The notes under the pieces: model-generated
What the model was told of the DNA's origin: nothing
Databases searched by the model: none
The model's input: the letters and a program-made list of their open reading frames with translations, nothing else
Assembly (NCBI RefSeq): GCF_003333265.1
Contig: NZ_QOLB01000034.1
Span: forward strand, 38,452 to 62,451
Length of the DNA: 24,000 nt
Origin: Candidatus Halocynthiibacter alkanivorans
GTDB lineage: Bacteria; Pseudomonadota; Alphaproteobacteria; Rhodobacterales; Rhodobacteraceae
Direction: 5' to 3'
Shown: piece by piece, positions 1 to 8,072 of the stretch
How positions within the stretch are numbered: position 1 is the stretch's first letter
How the letters are laid out: every line of letters begins with the position of its first letter
Made by a program: the position numbers and the translations under genes

Positions 1-266
1 GGGATGGGGCCGATATCCTGGCCGTCCAGCATGATTGTGCCCTCCGATGGCGCTTCAAAACCGGCAAGCATGCGCATCAGAGTGGTTTTGCCACAACCTG
101 ACGGGCCGAGCAGGGCAAAAAATTCTTTCTCAAAGATATCCAGCGTCAGATTGTCGATGGCTGTGAAATTCCCGAAACGCTTTGTAACGGATTTAAAACT
201 GATCAGGGGTTTTTGCCCGGGATCTTCCCAGGGAGCGAATGCAGCCGAGCCGGAATCAAATGCCAT
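1..266 (-). CDS. Polyamine-type ABC transporter ATP-binding subunit (PotA/PotG-like). Only the N-terminal ~88 codons are present; the gene continues past the left edge.
   Basis: Open-ended, so absent from the ORF track. Reverse-strand translation from the ATG at 266-264 gives MAFDSGSAAFAPWEDPGQKPLISFKSVTKRFGNFTAIDNLTLDIFEKEFFALLGPSGCGKTTLMRMLAGFEAPSEGTIMLDGQDIGPI, with Walker A GPSGCGKTT. GAGGA lies just upstream of the ATG. It follows the potF-like gene on the same strand. Confidence 0.85.
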   Translation of the reverse strand, partial: MAFDSGSAAFAPWEDPGQKPLISFKSVTKRFGNFTAIDNLTLDIFEKEFFALLGPSGCGKTTLMRMLAGFEAPSEGTIMLDGQDIGPI

Positions 267-291
267 GTCATCCTCGTATGTAATCACAGAT

Positions 292-335
292 CTCTCCCGC
301 AGGATGCGCCGGTTGCCGGCATACCTGCGGGAGAG
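292..335 (-). other. Intercistronic stem-loop between the potF-like stop and the potA-like start
   Basis: Perfect 12-bp inverted arms CTCTCCCGCAGG (292-303) and CCTGCGGGAGAG (324-335). The inner segment ATGCGCCGG-TTG-CCGGCAT can extend the pairing with a small bulge. No U-run follows on the minus-strand transcript. Confidence 0.6.
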
Positions 336-344
336 GGCTCAGGT

Positions 345-1430
345 TCAGATGCCCGATTTAACTTTTGTCCACATCCGGGTTACGACACGCTGGATTTTTG
401 GCGCGTAAGGTGTGGTGATATACAGATTCTGAAGCGTTGTTTCGTCCGGGTAAATTGCCGTATCCTCAATCACATCTGCCACCAGGAACTCCTGCGATGC
501 CAGGTTGCCGTTGGCGTAATAAACATAGTTCGACGCGGCAGCAATGTTTTGGGCGTCGAGGATGAAATTGAGGAACGCATGTGCGGCCTCCGGGTTCGGT
601 GCATCGACAGGAATGGCCATCTGGTCAAACCACATCAACGCGCCCTCACTGGGGGCGTTGTACACGATCTCGACATTATTATCGGCTTCAGCGGCGCGGT
701 CGCGCGCCTGCAACACATCACCCGACCAGCCTAAAGCCACACAGATCTCGCCATTGGCAAGCGCATTGATATATTCCGAGCTGTGGTATTTCTGAACATA
801 AGGCGCGACCGCGCTTAACAGTTCGCCCGCTTTCGCCAGCACATCCTTGTCTTTGCTGTCGGGATCTTCTCCCAGGTATTGAAGCGCGGCCGGGAAAATC
901 TCACCGGGTGCATCCAGAAAATGTACGCCACAGGCCTGCAGCTTTTTCATGTTTTCCGGATTGAAGATAAGATCAAGGGAGCCAATCGGTGCGTCTTCGC
1001 CCAGTACTTCGCGCACTTTGCCAACATTGACGCCCAGGCCAGTGGTGCCCCACATGTAGTTAATGGAATAGGCGTTGCCCGGGTCATAAGTCTCTGTGCG
1101 ATCTTTGATCACGTCCCAGAGGTTGCCGGCATTGGGCAATTGTGCCAGATCCAGCGGCTGAAATACGCCGGCCGTTATCTGGCGCTGAAGAAAGGTTCCG
1201 GACGGTACAACAACGTCGTATCCGGAGCCGCCAGCCAACAGTTTGGTTTCAAGAAGTTCATTGGAATCAAAGACATCGTAGATCAGTTTGATCCCGGTCT
1301 CAGACTCAAATTTTTCCAGAAGTTCATCGTCAATGTAATCTGACCAATTGTAAACACGGACTTCCTGGGCGGAAGCGGCGCTGACACAGACGGTCAGGGC
1401 CGCAGCGAGCGGTAACCAGGTCTTCTTCAT
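345..1430 (-). CDS. potF: Periplasmic putrescine/spermidine-binding protein of an ABC transporter (PotF/PotD family)
   Basis: 361 aa. Sec-type signal peptide MKKTWLPLAAALTVCVSAASA/QE. The mature N-terminus VRVYNWSDYI and the overall sequence are typical of PotF/PotD-family binding proteins. It sits upstream of the ATPase gene on the same strand. Confidence 0.9.
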   Translation of the reverse strand: MKKTWLPLAAALTVCVSAASAQEVRVYNWSDYIDDELLEKFESETGIKLIYDVFDSNELLETKLLAGGSGYDVVVPSGTFLQRQITAGVFQPLDLAQLPNAGNLWDVIKDRTETYDPGNAYSINYMWGTTGLGVNVGKVREVLGEDAPIGSLDLIFNPENMKKLQACGVHFLDAPGEIFPAALQYLGEDPDSKDKDVLAKAGELLSAVAPYVQKYHSSEYINALANGEICVALGWSGDVLQARDRAAEADNNVEIVYNAPSEGALMWFDQMAIPVDAPNPEAAHAFLNFILDAQNIAAASNYVYYANGNLASQEFLVADVIEDTAIYPDETTLQNLYITTPYAPKIQRVVTRMWTKVKSGI

Positions 1431-1481
1431 ATTGCTTACTCCCGTTGGGTGTTGGAAAGGTTTCTGCTTTCTTCTGAAATT

Positions 1482-1493
1482 ATTTGATCAAAT
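1482..1493. promoter_or_regulatory. Perfect 12-bp palindrome ATTTGATCAAAT in the potF/GntR divergent intergenic region; candidate GntR operator
   Basis: Self-complementary by direct reading. It lies in an AT-rich 160-bp divergent region. It shares a TGATCA core with two sites at 2257-2302. Confidence 0.35.
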
Positions 1494-1589
1494 GTAGTTC
1501 CAAAAAGCAACAAAACAATTTTTGAGCGTGAATATTTGTCTGTGGGGCGACACCATGGTAGCAGTGGTGTTCTGGTTGTGAATGGTACA

Positions 1590-2261
1590 ATGAAGGAAAA
1601 GACAGACGTGGACGTGATCCGAAAAAAGCTACCCACTCACGAAGTTATATACCGCCAAATCAGGGAAATGATCCTGTTCGGAGAGCTTACTCCCGGGCAG
1701 GCGGTGACGATTCAGGGTTTGATTGAACTGTTGGGGGCCGGCATGACACCGGTGCGCGAGGCGATCCGCAGGCTGACTGCAGAAGGGGCGTTGGAGTTTC
1801 AGGGCAACCGGCGGGTCTGCGTGCCGGAGCTGACTTTATCGCAGCTGGAGGAGTTGGCATTCGCCCGCCTGTCTGTCGAGCCGCATCTGGCGTATCTCGC
1901 TGCAAAACGCATGTCGTCCGCCGAGATCGTAAAGCTGACTGAGATCGACAACGCCTTGAACACAGCGATCTCCAAGGGTGATGTGCGCGGCTATCTTGAG
2001 CATAATTATCGTTTTCACGCAGCCCTTTATGAGATCTCAGAGGCGAAAATCCTGCTGTCGATTGCCAATATGCTCTGGTTGCGGATCGGGCCCTCTCTGC
2101 GTGTTGTTTGCGGGCGGTTCGGCACGTCCAACCTGCCGGACATGCATGAAGAAGCGCTTCTTGCCATGCGCTCAGGTGATGCGGAAGCTGTTGCGCGCGC
2201 GATAAAAGCTGACATTCAGCAAGGGGTGAAACAGGTCCGGCTGTCACTCTCTGACGAATAA
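1590..2261 (+). CDS. GntR-family transcriptional regulator (FadR/FCD-type)
   Basis: The N-terminal winged-HTH region YRQIREMILFGELTPGQAVTIQGLIELLGAGMTPVREAIRRLTAEGALEF is followed by an all-helical C-terminal domain. The track ORF begins at a TTG (1536). I chose the first ATG (1590), but the start is uncertain. Confidence 0.8.
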   Translation: MKEKTDVDVIRKKLPTHEVIYRQIREMILFGELTPGQAVTIQGLIELLGAGMTPVREAIRRLTAEGALEFQGNRRVCVPELTLSQLEELAFARLSVEPHLAYLAAKRMSSAEIVKLTEIDNALNTAISKGDVRGYLEHNYRFHAALYEISEAKILLSIANMLWLRIGPSLRVVCGRFGTSNLPDMHEEALLAMRSGDAEAVARAIKADIQQGVKQVRLSLSDE

Positions 2262-2304
2262 TATGATCAAAAAAGATTGACAGTAAATAATATGATCATA
2301 TTCT
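2257..2304 (+). promoter_or_regulatory. Promoter-like hexamers overlapped by two GATC-centred sites upstream of the puuA-like gene
   Basis: Direct repeat AATAATATGATCA at 2257-2269 and 2286-2298. The second copy is part of a perfect 14-bp palindrome AATATGATCATATT (2289-2302). TTGACA (2277-2282), a 16-nt spacer and TATTCT (2299-2304) place the palindrome across the spacer and -10 region. Confidence 0.4.
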
Positions 2305-2370
2305 AAAATCGATAATGGCGTCCGGAGATGAGCCGGGCGGCTCAGGTCAATAATCAAATGTGGTGATACC

Positions 2371-3747
2371 GTGAGATCCGAGACACAAAGCAAATGGCCC
2401 GACGCATTGCCTGACGCCTTCAGGCAGTACCAGGCAGGACGGCGCATCGACGAAGTCGAATGTATCATCCCGGATCTCGTGGGCATGTCGCGCGGCAAAG
2501 CAATGCCAGCGTACAAGTTCACGCCGGACAGCACGTTTTTCCTGCCGGTTTCACTGTTTTATCAGACGGTCACCGGTGAATATGTCGATATGGAAATTGA
2601 AAACCAGTGGATGGAAATCGATCTGGTTCTGCGTCCGGATATGGCCTCTGCTTCGGCGGCACCCTGGGCTGATGATGATGTGACGCTGCAGGTGATCTGT
2701 GATCTGGAAACGCGCGACGGTGACCGGGTTGATATCGCGCCGCGCAATGTTTTGCGCCGTGTTCTCGATCTTTATGCCGCCGCGGGCTGGGCGCCGGTGG
2801 TGGCGCCTGAGCTGGAATTCTACCTGACCAAGCCCAATATCGATCCGAATGAGCCGATTGAACCGCCGGTCGGGCGTACCGGTCGCCGCGGAGCGTCGCG
2901 GCAGTCTTATTCCATGGTCGCAGTGGATGAGTATGGTCCGGTGATCGATACGATCTATGATTTTGCCGAAGCCCAGGGGCTGCCGATTGACACGGTTATT
3001 CAGGAGGGCGGTGCCGGTCAGATTGAAATCAATATGATGCATGGTGATCCGCTGAAACTGGCGGATCAGGTGTTCTATTTCAAACGTGCGATCCGTGAAG
3101 CGGCCTTGAAAAACGGGATTTTCGCCACCTTTATGGCCAAACCGATGCGCGATGAACCCGGCTCGGCAATGCACATCCATCAAAGCGTCCTGAACGCCGA
3201 AACCGGCAAGAATATATTCACTGATGACGAGGGCAATGCGACCGAGGAATTCTATCATTTCCTGGGGGGCTCGCAGGCCCATCTGCGCCATGTGATGCCG
3301 ATCCTGGCGCCCTATGTGAATTCCTACCGGCGCTACCGGCACCGGGAGGCGGCGCCGACCAATATTGAGTGGGCCCATGACAACCGCACCACCGGATTGC
3401 GCATCCCTCATTCTTCGCCCGAAGCGCGTCGGGTCGAAAACCGGGTGACCGGCATCGACAGCAATCCATACCTGGCGATCGCAACCAGTCTTGCCTGCGG
3501 TTATCTGGGCCTGAAAAACAAGCTCAGCCCGCGGGATCCGGTCCAGGGTGAGATCTACCACGACGGTAACAGCCTGCCATTCCACCTGGATGATGCGCTG
3601 GATCTTTTTGCAGAAGCCACTGAAATCCGCGCCGTTCTGGGTGAAGAATTCTGCACGCTTTTTGAGGCGATCAAGAAAGCAGAACTGGAAGAATTTCACG
3701 CCGAAGTCTCCCCCTGGGAGCGCGAACATCTTTTGTTGAACGTCTGA
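2371..3747 (+). CDS. puuA: Glutamine-synthetase-family gamma-glutamylpolyamine (gamma-glutamylputrescine) synthetase, PuuA/PauA-like
   Basis: 458 aa with a GTG start. GS catalytic-domain signatures include ELEFYL, GAGQIEINMMHGDPL, MAKPM..EPGSAMHIHQS, NSYRR and NRTTGLRIP. It is collinear with E. coli PuuA as I recall it, and the genomic context is polyamine catabolism. Confidence 0.85.
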   Translation: MRSETQSKWPDALPDAFRQYQAGRRIDEVECIIPDLVGMSRGKAMPAYKFTPDSTFFLPVSLFYQTVTGEYVDMEIENQWMEIDLVLRPDMASASAAPWADDDVTLQVICDLETRDGDRVDIAPRNVLRRVLDLYAAAGWAPVVAPELEFYLTKPNIDPNEPIEPPVGRTGRRGASRQSYSMVAVDEYGPVIDTIYDFAEAQGLPIDTVIQEGGAGQIEINMMHGDPLKLADQVFYFKRAIREAALKNGIFATFMAKPMRDEPGSAMHIHQSVLNAETGKNIFTDDEGNATEEFYHFLGGSQAHLRHVMPILAPYVNSYRRYRHREAAPTNIEWAHDNRTTGLRIPHSSPEARRVENRVTGIDSNPYLAIATSLACGYLGLKNKLSPRDPVQGEIYHDGNSLPFHLDDALDLFAEATEIRAVLGEEFCTLFEAIKKAELEEFHAEVSPWEREHLLLNV

Positions 3748-3775
3748 CAACGAAGACCCTACGAGGAGCCATCTG

Positions 3776-5173
3776 ATGACCTTGATCAGCAACCACATGC
3801 CGACTGAAGAACTGCAACGTCTTGACGCGGCGCATCACATGCACCCGTTTACGGCGGGCGCCGAGCTGAATGCCAGGGGGGTCCGGGTGATTACCCAGGC
3901 CAAAGGCGTGACTTTGACCGACTCGGATGGAAAAGAGATTTTCGACGCCATGGCCGGGCTGTGGTGCGTGAACATCGGCTATGGCCGCGAAGAGCTGGCA
4001 CAGGTGGCGGCGCGGCAGATGAACCAGCTGCCCTATTACAACACGTTTTTTCAGACCACACATGTGCCGGTGATCGCGCTGTCAAAACGCCTTGCAGATC
4101 TTGCGCCCGGCGATCTGAACCATGTATTTTACGCCGGGTCTGGCTCTGAGGCCAACGACACCAATATCCGTCTGGTGCGCCACTATTGGGCGGCCAAAGG
4201 CAAGCCCGACAAGAAAGTGATCATCAGCCGTAGAAACGCCTATCACGGCTCGACCCTGGGCGGCGCCAGTCTCGGCGGCATGCAGGCGATGCATGCGCAG
4301 GGCGGGCTGCCGATCCCCGATATCGCCTATATTGATCAGCCCAACTGGTATGCCGAAGGTGGCGATTCCAGCCCTGAAGACTTCGGCCTGGAGCGGGCAC
4401 GCCAGCTGGAGGCCAAAATCGCCGAGCTGGGTGAAGATAATGTCGCAGCCTTTATCGCCGAGCCGGTGCAGGGGGCGGGCGGGGTGATTATTCCGCCCTC
4501 AACCTACTGGCCAGAGCTGCAACGTATTTGTGACGCGCATGAAATTCTGCTGATCGTTGACGAGGTCATCTGTGGTTTTGGCCGCACCGGCAACTGGTTC
4601 GGCTCAGAAACCTATGGTATTCGCCCCGATATCATGACCATCGCCAAAGGGCTGTCTTCCGGATACCAGCCGATTGGAGGCTCGCTGATCTGTGACGAGG
4701 TCGCCGATGTCGTCAACAACGCCGGCGATTTCAACCATGGCTATACCTATTCCGGCCATCCGGTTGCAGCAGCCGTCGCGTTGGAAAATCTGCGCATCCT
4801 GGACGAAGAAAATATCGTCACTAATGTGCGTGACGTGACCGGCCCCTATCTGGCGGAAAAATGGGCGCAACTAGCGGATCACCCGCTGATCGGCGAGGCA
4901 AAGATCGTCGGGATGATGGGGTCGGTCGCGATGACCCCGGATAAATCCGCCCGGGCGCCGTTTTCGTCCGATCCCGGTGTCGTTGGGACGATCTGCCGGG
5001 AAAATTGTTTCGCCAATGGTCTGATCATGCGTCATGTCGGGGACCGGATGATCATCTCGCCGCCGCTGATCGTGACAAAGTCTGACATCGATACAATGAT
5101 GCGGTTGGTGGTGAAATCGCTGGATCAGACCTATGCGTCCGTTAAGGCCGACGGCTTGCTCAACGCGGCCTGA
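3776..5173 (+). CDS. spuC: Class-III PLP aminotransferase, putrescine/polyamine:pyruvate aminotransferase-like (SpuC-like)
   Basis: 465 aa. Motifs AGLWCVNIGYGR, FYAGSGSEANDT, IAEPVQGAGGVI and LLIVDEVICGFGRTG, plus the PLP-lysine context DIMTIAKGLSSGY. GAGGAG Shine-Dalgarno upstream. Confidence 0.85.
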   Translation: MTLISNHMPTEELQRLDAAHHMHPFTAGAELNARGVRVITQAKGVTLTDSDGKEIFDAMAGLWCVNIGYGREELAQVAARQMNQLPYYNTFFQTTHVPVIALSKRLADLAPGDLNHVFYAGSGSEANDTNIRLVRHYWAAKGKPDKKVIISRRNAYHGSTLGGASLGGMQAMHAQGGLPIPDIAYIDQPNWYAEGGDSSPEDFGLERARQLEAKIAELGEDNVAAFIAEPVQGAGGVIIPPSTYWPELQRICDAHEILLIVDEVICGFGRTGNWFGSETYGIRPDIMTIAKGLSSGYQPIGGSLICDEVADVVNNAGDFNHGYTYSGHPVAAAVALENLRILDEENIVTNVRDVTGPYLAEKWAQLADHPLIGEAKIVGMMGSVAMTPDKSARAPFSSDPGVVGTICRENCFANGLIMRHVGDRMIISPPLIVTKSDIDTMMRLVVKSLDQTYASVKADGLLNAA

Positions 5174-5189
5174 AGCCAAAGGACGCAGC

Positions 5190-6491
5190 GTGGATATTCT
5201 GACCTCAAATGACCAGGTGGGCGTCTACCCGCCCTCCTATTACGCGGACTCAGCGCAGCCACTTGCGGAATTTCCCTCCGCCAAAGGCGCGCTGAAGTGC
5301 GACGTCTGTGTGGTCGGCGCCGGATTTACCGGTCTGTCTGCCGCGCTTCATCTGGCACAGCGCGGGTATGATGTGGTGCTGTTGGATGCCCATCGCGTTG
5401 GCTTTGGTGCCTCGGGTCGCAATGGCGGTCAGGTCGGGATGGGCCAGCGTCTGGAACAGGAAGAACTGGAGCAGATGCTGGGTATGGATCATGCCCGGGC
5501 GCTGTGGGATCTGGCCTGTGAATCTGTACAGAAGGTCCGCGATCTGGTCCGCGACAATGATATGGATTGCGGGTTTGCTGATGGCATCATCCATGCTGAC
5601 CACCGGGCCCGGTTTGTGCGGGACAGCCACGCACATGCGGAAAAGATGCGCCGGGACTACAATTACGATCTGATCCGTCCTCTGGACCGTGAGGAAATCC
5701 GCCATCTGGTCGGCTCCCCCGCCTATCATGGTGGTTCACTTGATATGGGCGGCGGCCACCTGCATCCGCTGCGTTACGCATTCGGCCTGGCCCGGCTCGC
5801 CCGGGCGGCCGGGGTGCGAATCTTTGAGCGCTCAAAAGTGCTGAGTGTGGAGGAGACTAGCCCAGCAATACTGCGCACGTCTGAGGCAGAAATCACCGCA
5901 GCGCATGTGGTTATGGCCTGCAATGGCTATCTGGGGCGGCTGCAAAAACAAGTCGCCGCCCGGGTGATGCCGATCAACAATTTTATTGTTGCCACCGAAC
6001 CCCTTTCTGAAAAAGCCGCAGACGCGTTGATCCGCAACAATCACGCTGTGGCGGATTCCAAATTTGTCATCAATTATTTCCGCCTGTCTCAGGACCGTAG
6101 ATTGTTGTTTGGCGGCAGCGAGTCCTATGGCTATCGATTCCCGGCAGATATCGCCGCGCTGGTGCGCAAACCGATGTTGAAAATCTATCCGCAACTGGCG
6201 GAAACGCACATCGACTATGCCTGGGGCGGAACGCTTGGGATCACGCTGAACCGGATGCCACATTTCGCCAGAATCACCGGCAATATCCTCAGCGCCAGCG
6301 GTTATTCCGGACACGGAGTGGCAATGGCCACCCTGGGCGGGCGGCTGGCGGCAGAAGCCATCGCGGGCCAGGCTGAACGGTTTGACCTGATGGCCTCTGT
6401 TCCGACACCACGTTTCCCGGGCGGAGTGGCGCTGCGCTGGCCACTGCTGGTTCTGGCAATGACCTGGTTTTCGCTACGCGACAAGATCTGA
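5190..6491 (+). CDS. puuB: FAD-dependent oxidoreductase, gamma-glutamylputrescine oxidase-like (PuuB/PauB-like)
   Basis: Dinucleotide fold CDVCVVGAGFTGLSAALHLAQRGYDVVLLD, followed by GFGASGRNGGQ. It is collinear with E. coli PuuB as I recall it. I chose GTG 5190 (AAAGGA Shine-Dalgarno 6 nt upstream, after the spuC-like stop at 5173) rather than the track start at 5133, which overlaps the previous gene. Confidence 0.8.
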   Translation: MDILTSNDQVGVYPPSYYADSAQPLAEFPSAKGALKCDVCVVGAGFTGLSAALHLAQRGYDVVLLDAHRVGFGASGRNGGQVGMGQRLEQEELEQMLGMDHARALWDLACESVQKVRDLVRDNDMDCGFADGIIHADHRARFVRDSHAHAEKMRRDYNYDLIRPLDREEIRHLVGSPAYHGGSLDMGGGHLHPLRYAFGLARLARAAGVRIFERSKVLSVEETSPAILRTSEAEITAAHVVMACNGYLGRLQKQVAARVMPINNFIVATEPLSEKAADALIRNNHAVADSKFVINYFRLSQDRRLLFGGSESYGYRFPADIAALVRKPMLKIYPQLAETHIDYAWGGTLGITLNRMPHFARITGNILSASGYSGHGVAMATLGGRLAAEAIAGQAERFDLMASVPTPRFPGGVALRWPLLVLAMTWFSLRDKI

Positions 6492-6531
6492 CACCGGCGC
6501 GGGGATACTGTTTGTAAGAGAGGATGACACG

Positions 6532-7962
6532 ATGATCGTATCACATGTGAAGCAATTCTATATTGATGGCCAATGGGTTGATCCGGCGGAACCGTTTGCT
6601 TTTCCGGTGCTGAACCCGGCGACTGAGGAAGAGATCACACAGATCTCGCTCGGCTCCAAAGCGGATGTCGACCGGGCGGTTGTCGCGGCGCGCCGGGCGT
6701 TTGAAAGTTATTCTCAGACCACGCGGGATGAAAGGATTGCCTTGCTCGAACGGATCCGGGCGGTCTACGAGGCCCGGTATGACGACTTTGTTGCGGTGAT
6801 CATTGCCGAACTAGGTGCGCCGGCAAGCCTGTCCAAAAACGCTCAGGCGGCGGTGGGACTCGGACATCTTGATGGGGTACTCGCCGCGCTTAAAGCGCAG
6901 AAGTTTGAGGAGACCAGTGCCAATGGGGACCTGATCCGGCGCGAGGCAATCGGTGTGTGTGGGTTGGTTACCCCATGGAACTGGCCGATCAACCAGATCG
7001 TGCTGAAGGTGCTGCCCGCCCTTGCCGCCGGCTGCACGATGGTGCTGAAACCTTCTGAGCTGACACCGCTTGATGCGCTGCTTTATGCCGAAGTATTGCA
7101 TGAGGCCGGCGTGCCTGCGGGCGTATTTAACCTGGTCAACGGTGATGGGCCCGTTGTGGGGGCGGCGATGTCTGCTCATCCCGGAATTGATCTGATGTCC
7201 TTTACCGGATCCACCCGCGGTGGTGTGGCGGTGACACGGGATGCGGCGGCGACGGTGAAACGTGTCACGCTTGAGCTGGGCGGAAAATCCCCAAACATTA
7301 TATTTGCGGATGCGGATGTGGAACAAGCCGTCGTACGCGGCGTGCAGCACTGCTTTCAGAACACAGGCCAGTCCTGCAATGCCCCGACCAGGATGCTGGT
7401 GGAGCGCAGCGTCTATGACAAAGCACTGGAGGTGGCGCAGAAGACAGCCGCGGCGCAGGAGATTGGTGATCCACAGGACCCAGGCGACCATATCGGCCCT
7501 CTGGTCAGCCAGATGCAATATGACCGTGTTCAGGAACTGATCGCGGCCGGCGTTGACGAGGGCGCGCGATTGCTTGTCGGAGGCCCCGGAAAACCTGAAG
7601 GGTTTGAAACAGGATACTACGTTCGCCCGACTGTATTCGCCGATGTTTCCAATTACATGCGCATTGCTCAGGATGAGGTGTTCGGTCCGGTTTTGACCAT
7701 CATTCCCTTTGAGGATGAGGCCGATGCGATTGCGATCGCCAATGCAACGCCTTACGGGCTTGCGGCCTATCTGCAAACCGGCGATGAGGCGCGCGCCACC
7801 CGCGTCTCAAGGCAGCTGCGGGCAGGCATGGTGCATATCAACGGCTCGGATATCAGTTGGGGCAGCCCGTTTGGGGGCTACAAAATGTCCGGGATTGGCC
7901 GTGAAGGCGGGGCGTTTGGTCTGGAAGATTTTCTTGAGGTGAAAGCCATTTCGCGACCGTAA
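6532..7962 (+). CDS. NAD(P)-dependent aldehyde dehydrogenase, probably the aminoaldehyde or gamma-glutamyl-aminoaldehyde dehydrogenase of the operon
   Basis: 476 aa. ALDH signatures VTPWNWP, KPSELTP, the catalytic Glu in LELGGKSP and the catalytic Cys in GQSCNAPTR, and EVFGPV. It is the last gene of the plus-strand polyamine operon. Confidence 0.85.
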   Translation: MIVSHVKQFYIDGQWVDPAEPFAFPVLNPATEEEITQISLGSKADVDRAVVAARRAFESYSQTTRDERIALLERIRAVYEARYDDFVAVIIAELGAPASLSKNAQAAVGLGHLDGVLAALKAQKFEETSANGDLIRREAIGVCGLVTPWNWPINQIVLKVLPALAAGCTMVLKPSELTPLDALLYAEVLHEAGVPAGVFNLVNGDGPVVGAAMSAHPGIDLMSFTGSTRGGVAVTRDAAATVKRVTLELGGKSPNIIFADADVEQAVVRGVQHCFQNTGQSCNAPTRMLVERSVYDKALEVAQKTAAAQEIGDPQDPGDHIGPLVSQMQYDRVQELIAAGVDEGARLLVGGPGKPEGFETGYYVRPTVFADVSNYMRIAQDEVFGPVLTIIPFEDEADAIAIANATPYGLAAYLQTGDEARATRVSRQLRAGMVHINGSDISWGSPFGGYKMSGIGREGGAFGLEDFLEVKAISRP

Positions 7963-7999
7963 AGCTGCCGGTACCCGGTCCGGTATGCAAATGAATTCC

Positions 8000-8024
8000 G
8001 GAATCCACTTATTCTGTGGGTTCC
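8000..8024. terminator. Hairpin between the convergent aldehyde dehydrogenase and DMGDH-like genes; possible bidirectional terminator
   Basis: GGAATCCAC (8000-8008), a TTATTCT loop and GTGGGTTCC (8016-8024) form a 9-bp stem with one G-U pair. Only weak U-tracts flank it. Confidence 0.35.
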
Positions 8025-8072
8025 GCCTGATTTCTTAAGTTGACGTTGCAGGGGCAGGTGGTGCGGTCAAGT

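Noticed and set aside
4-734. Plus-strand ORFs 4-408 and 213-734
   Set aside because: They are antisense to the potA-like N-terminus (with its clear Walker A motif on the minus strand) and to the potF-like gene. They are shadow frames.
2551-3798. 415-aa ORF on the minus strand
   Set aside because: It is antisense to the well-supported puuA-like gene. Its composition is Arg/His/Gly/Ile-rich and unlike a real protein, with no recognisable motifs. This is a typical shadow ORF in GC-rich DNA.
6811-7776. 321-aa ORF on the minus strand
   Set aside because: It is antisense to the aldehyde dehydrogenase gene, which carries clear catalytic motifs. The ORF itself is Arg/His-rich, so I treat it as a shadow frame.
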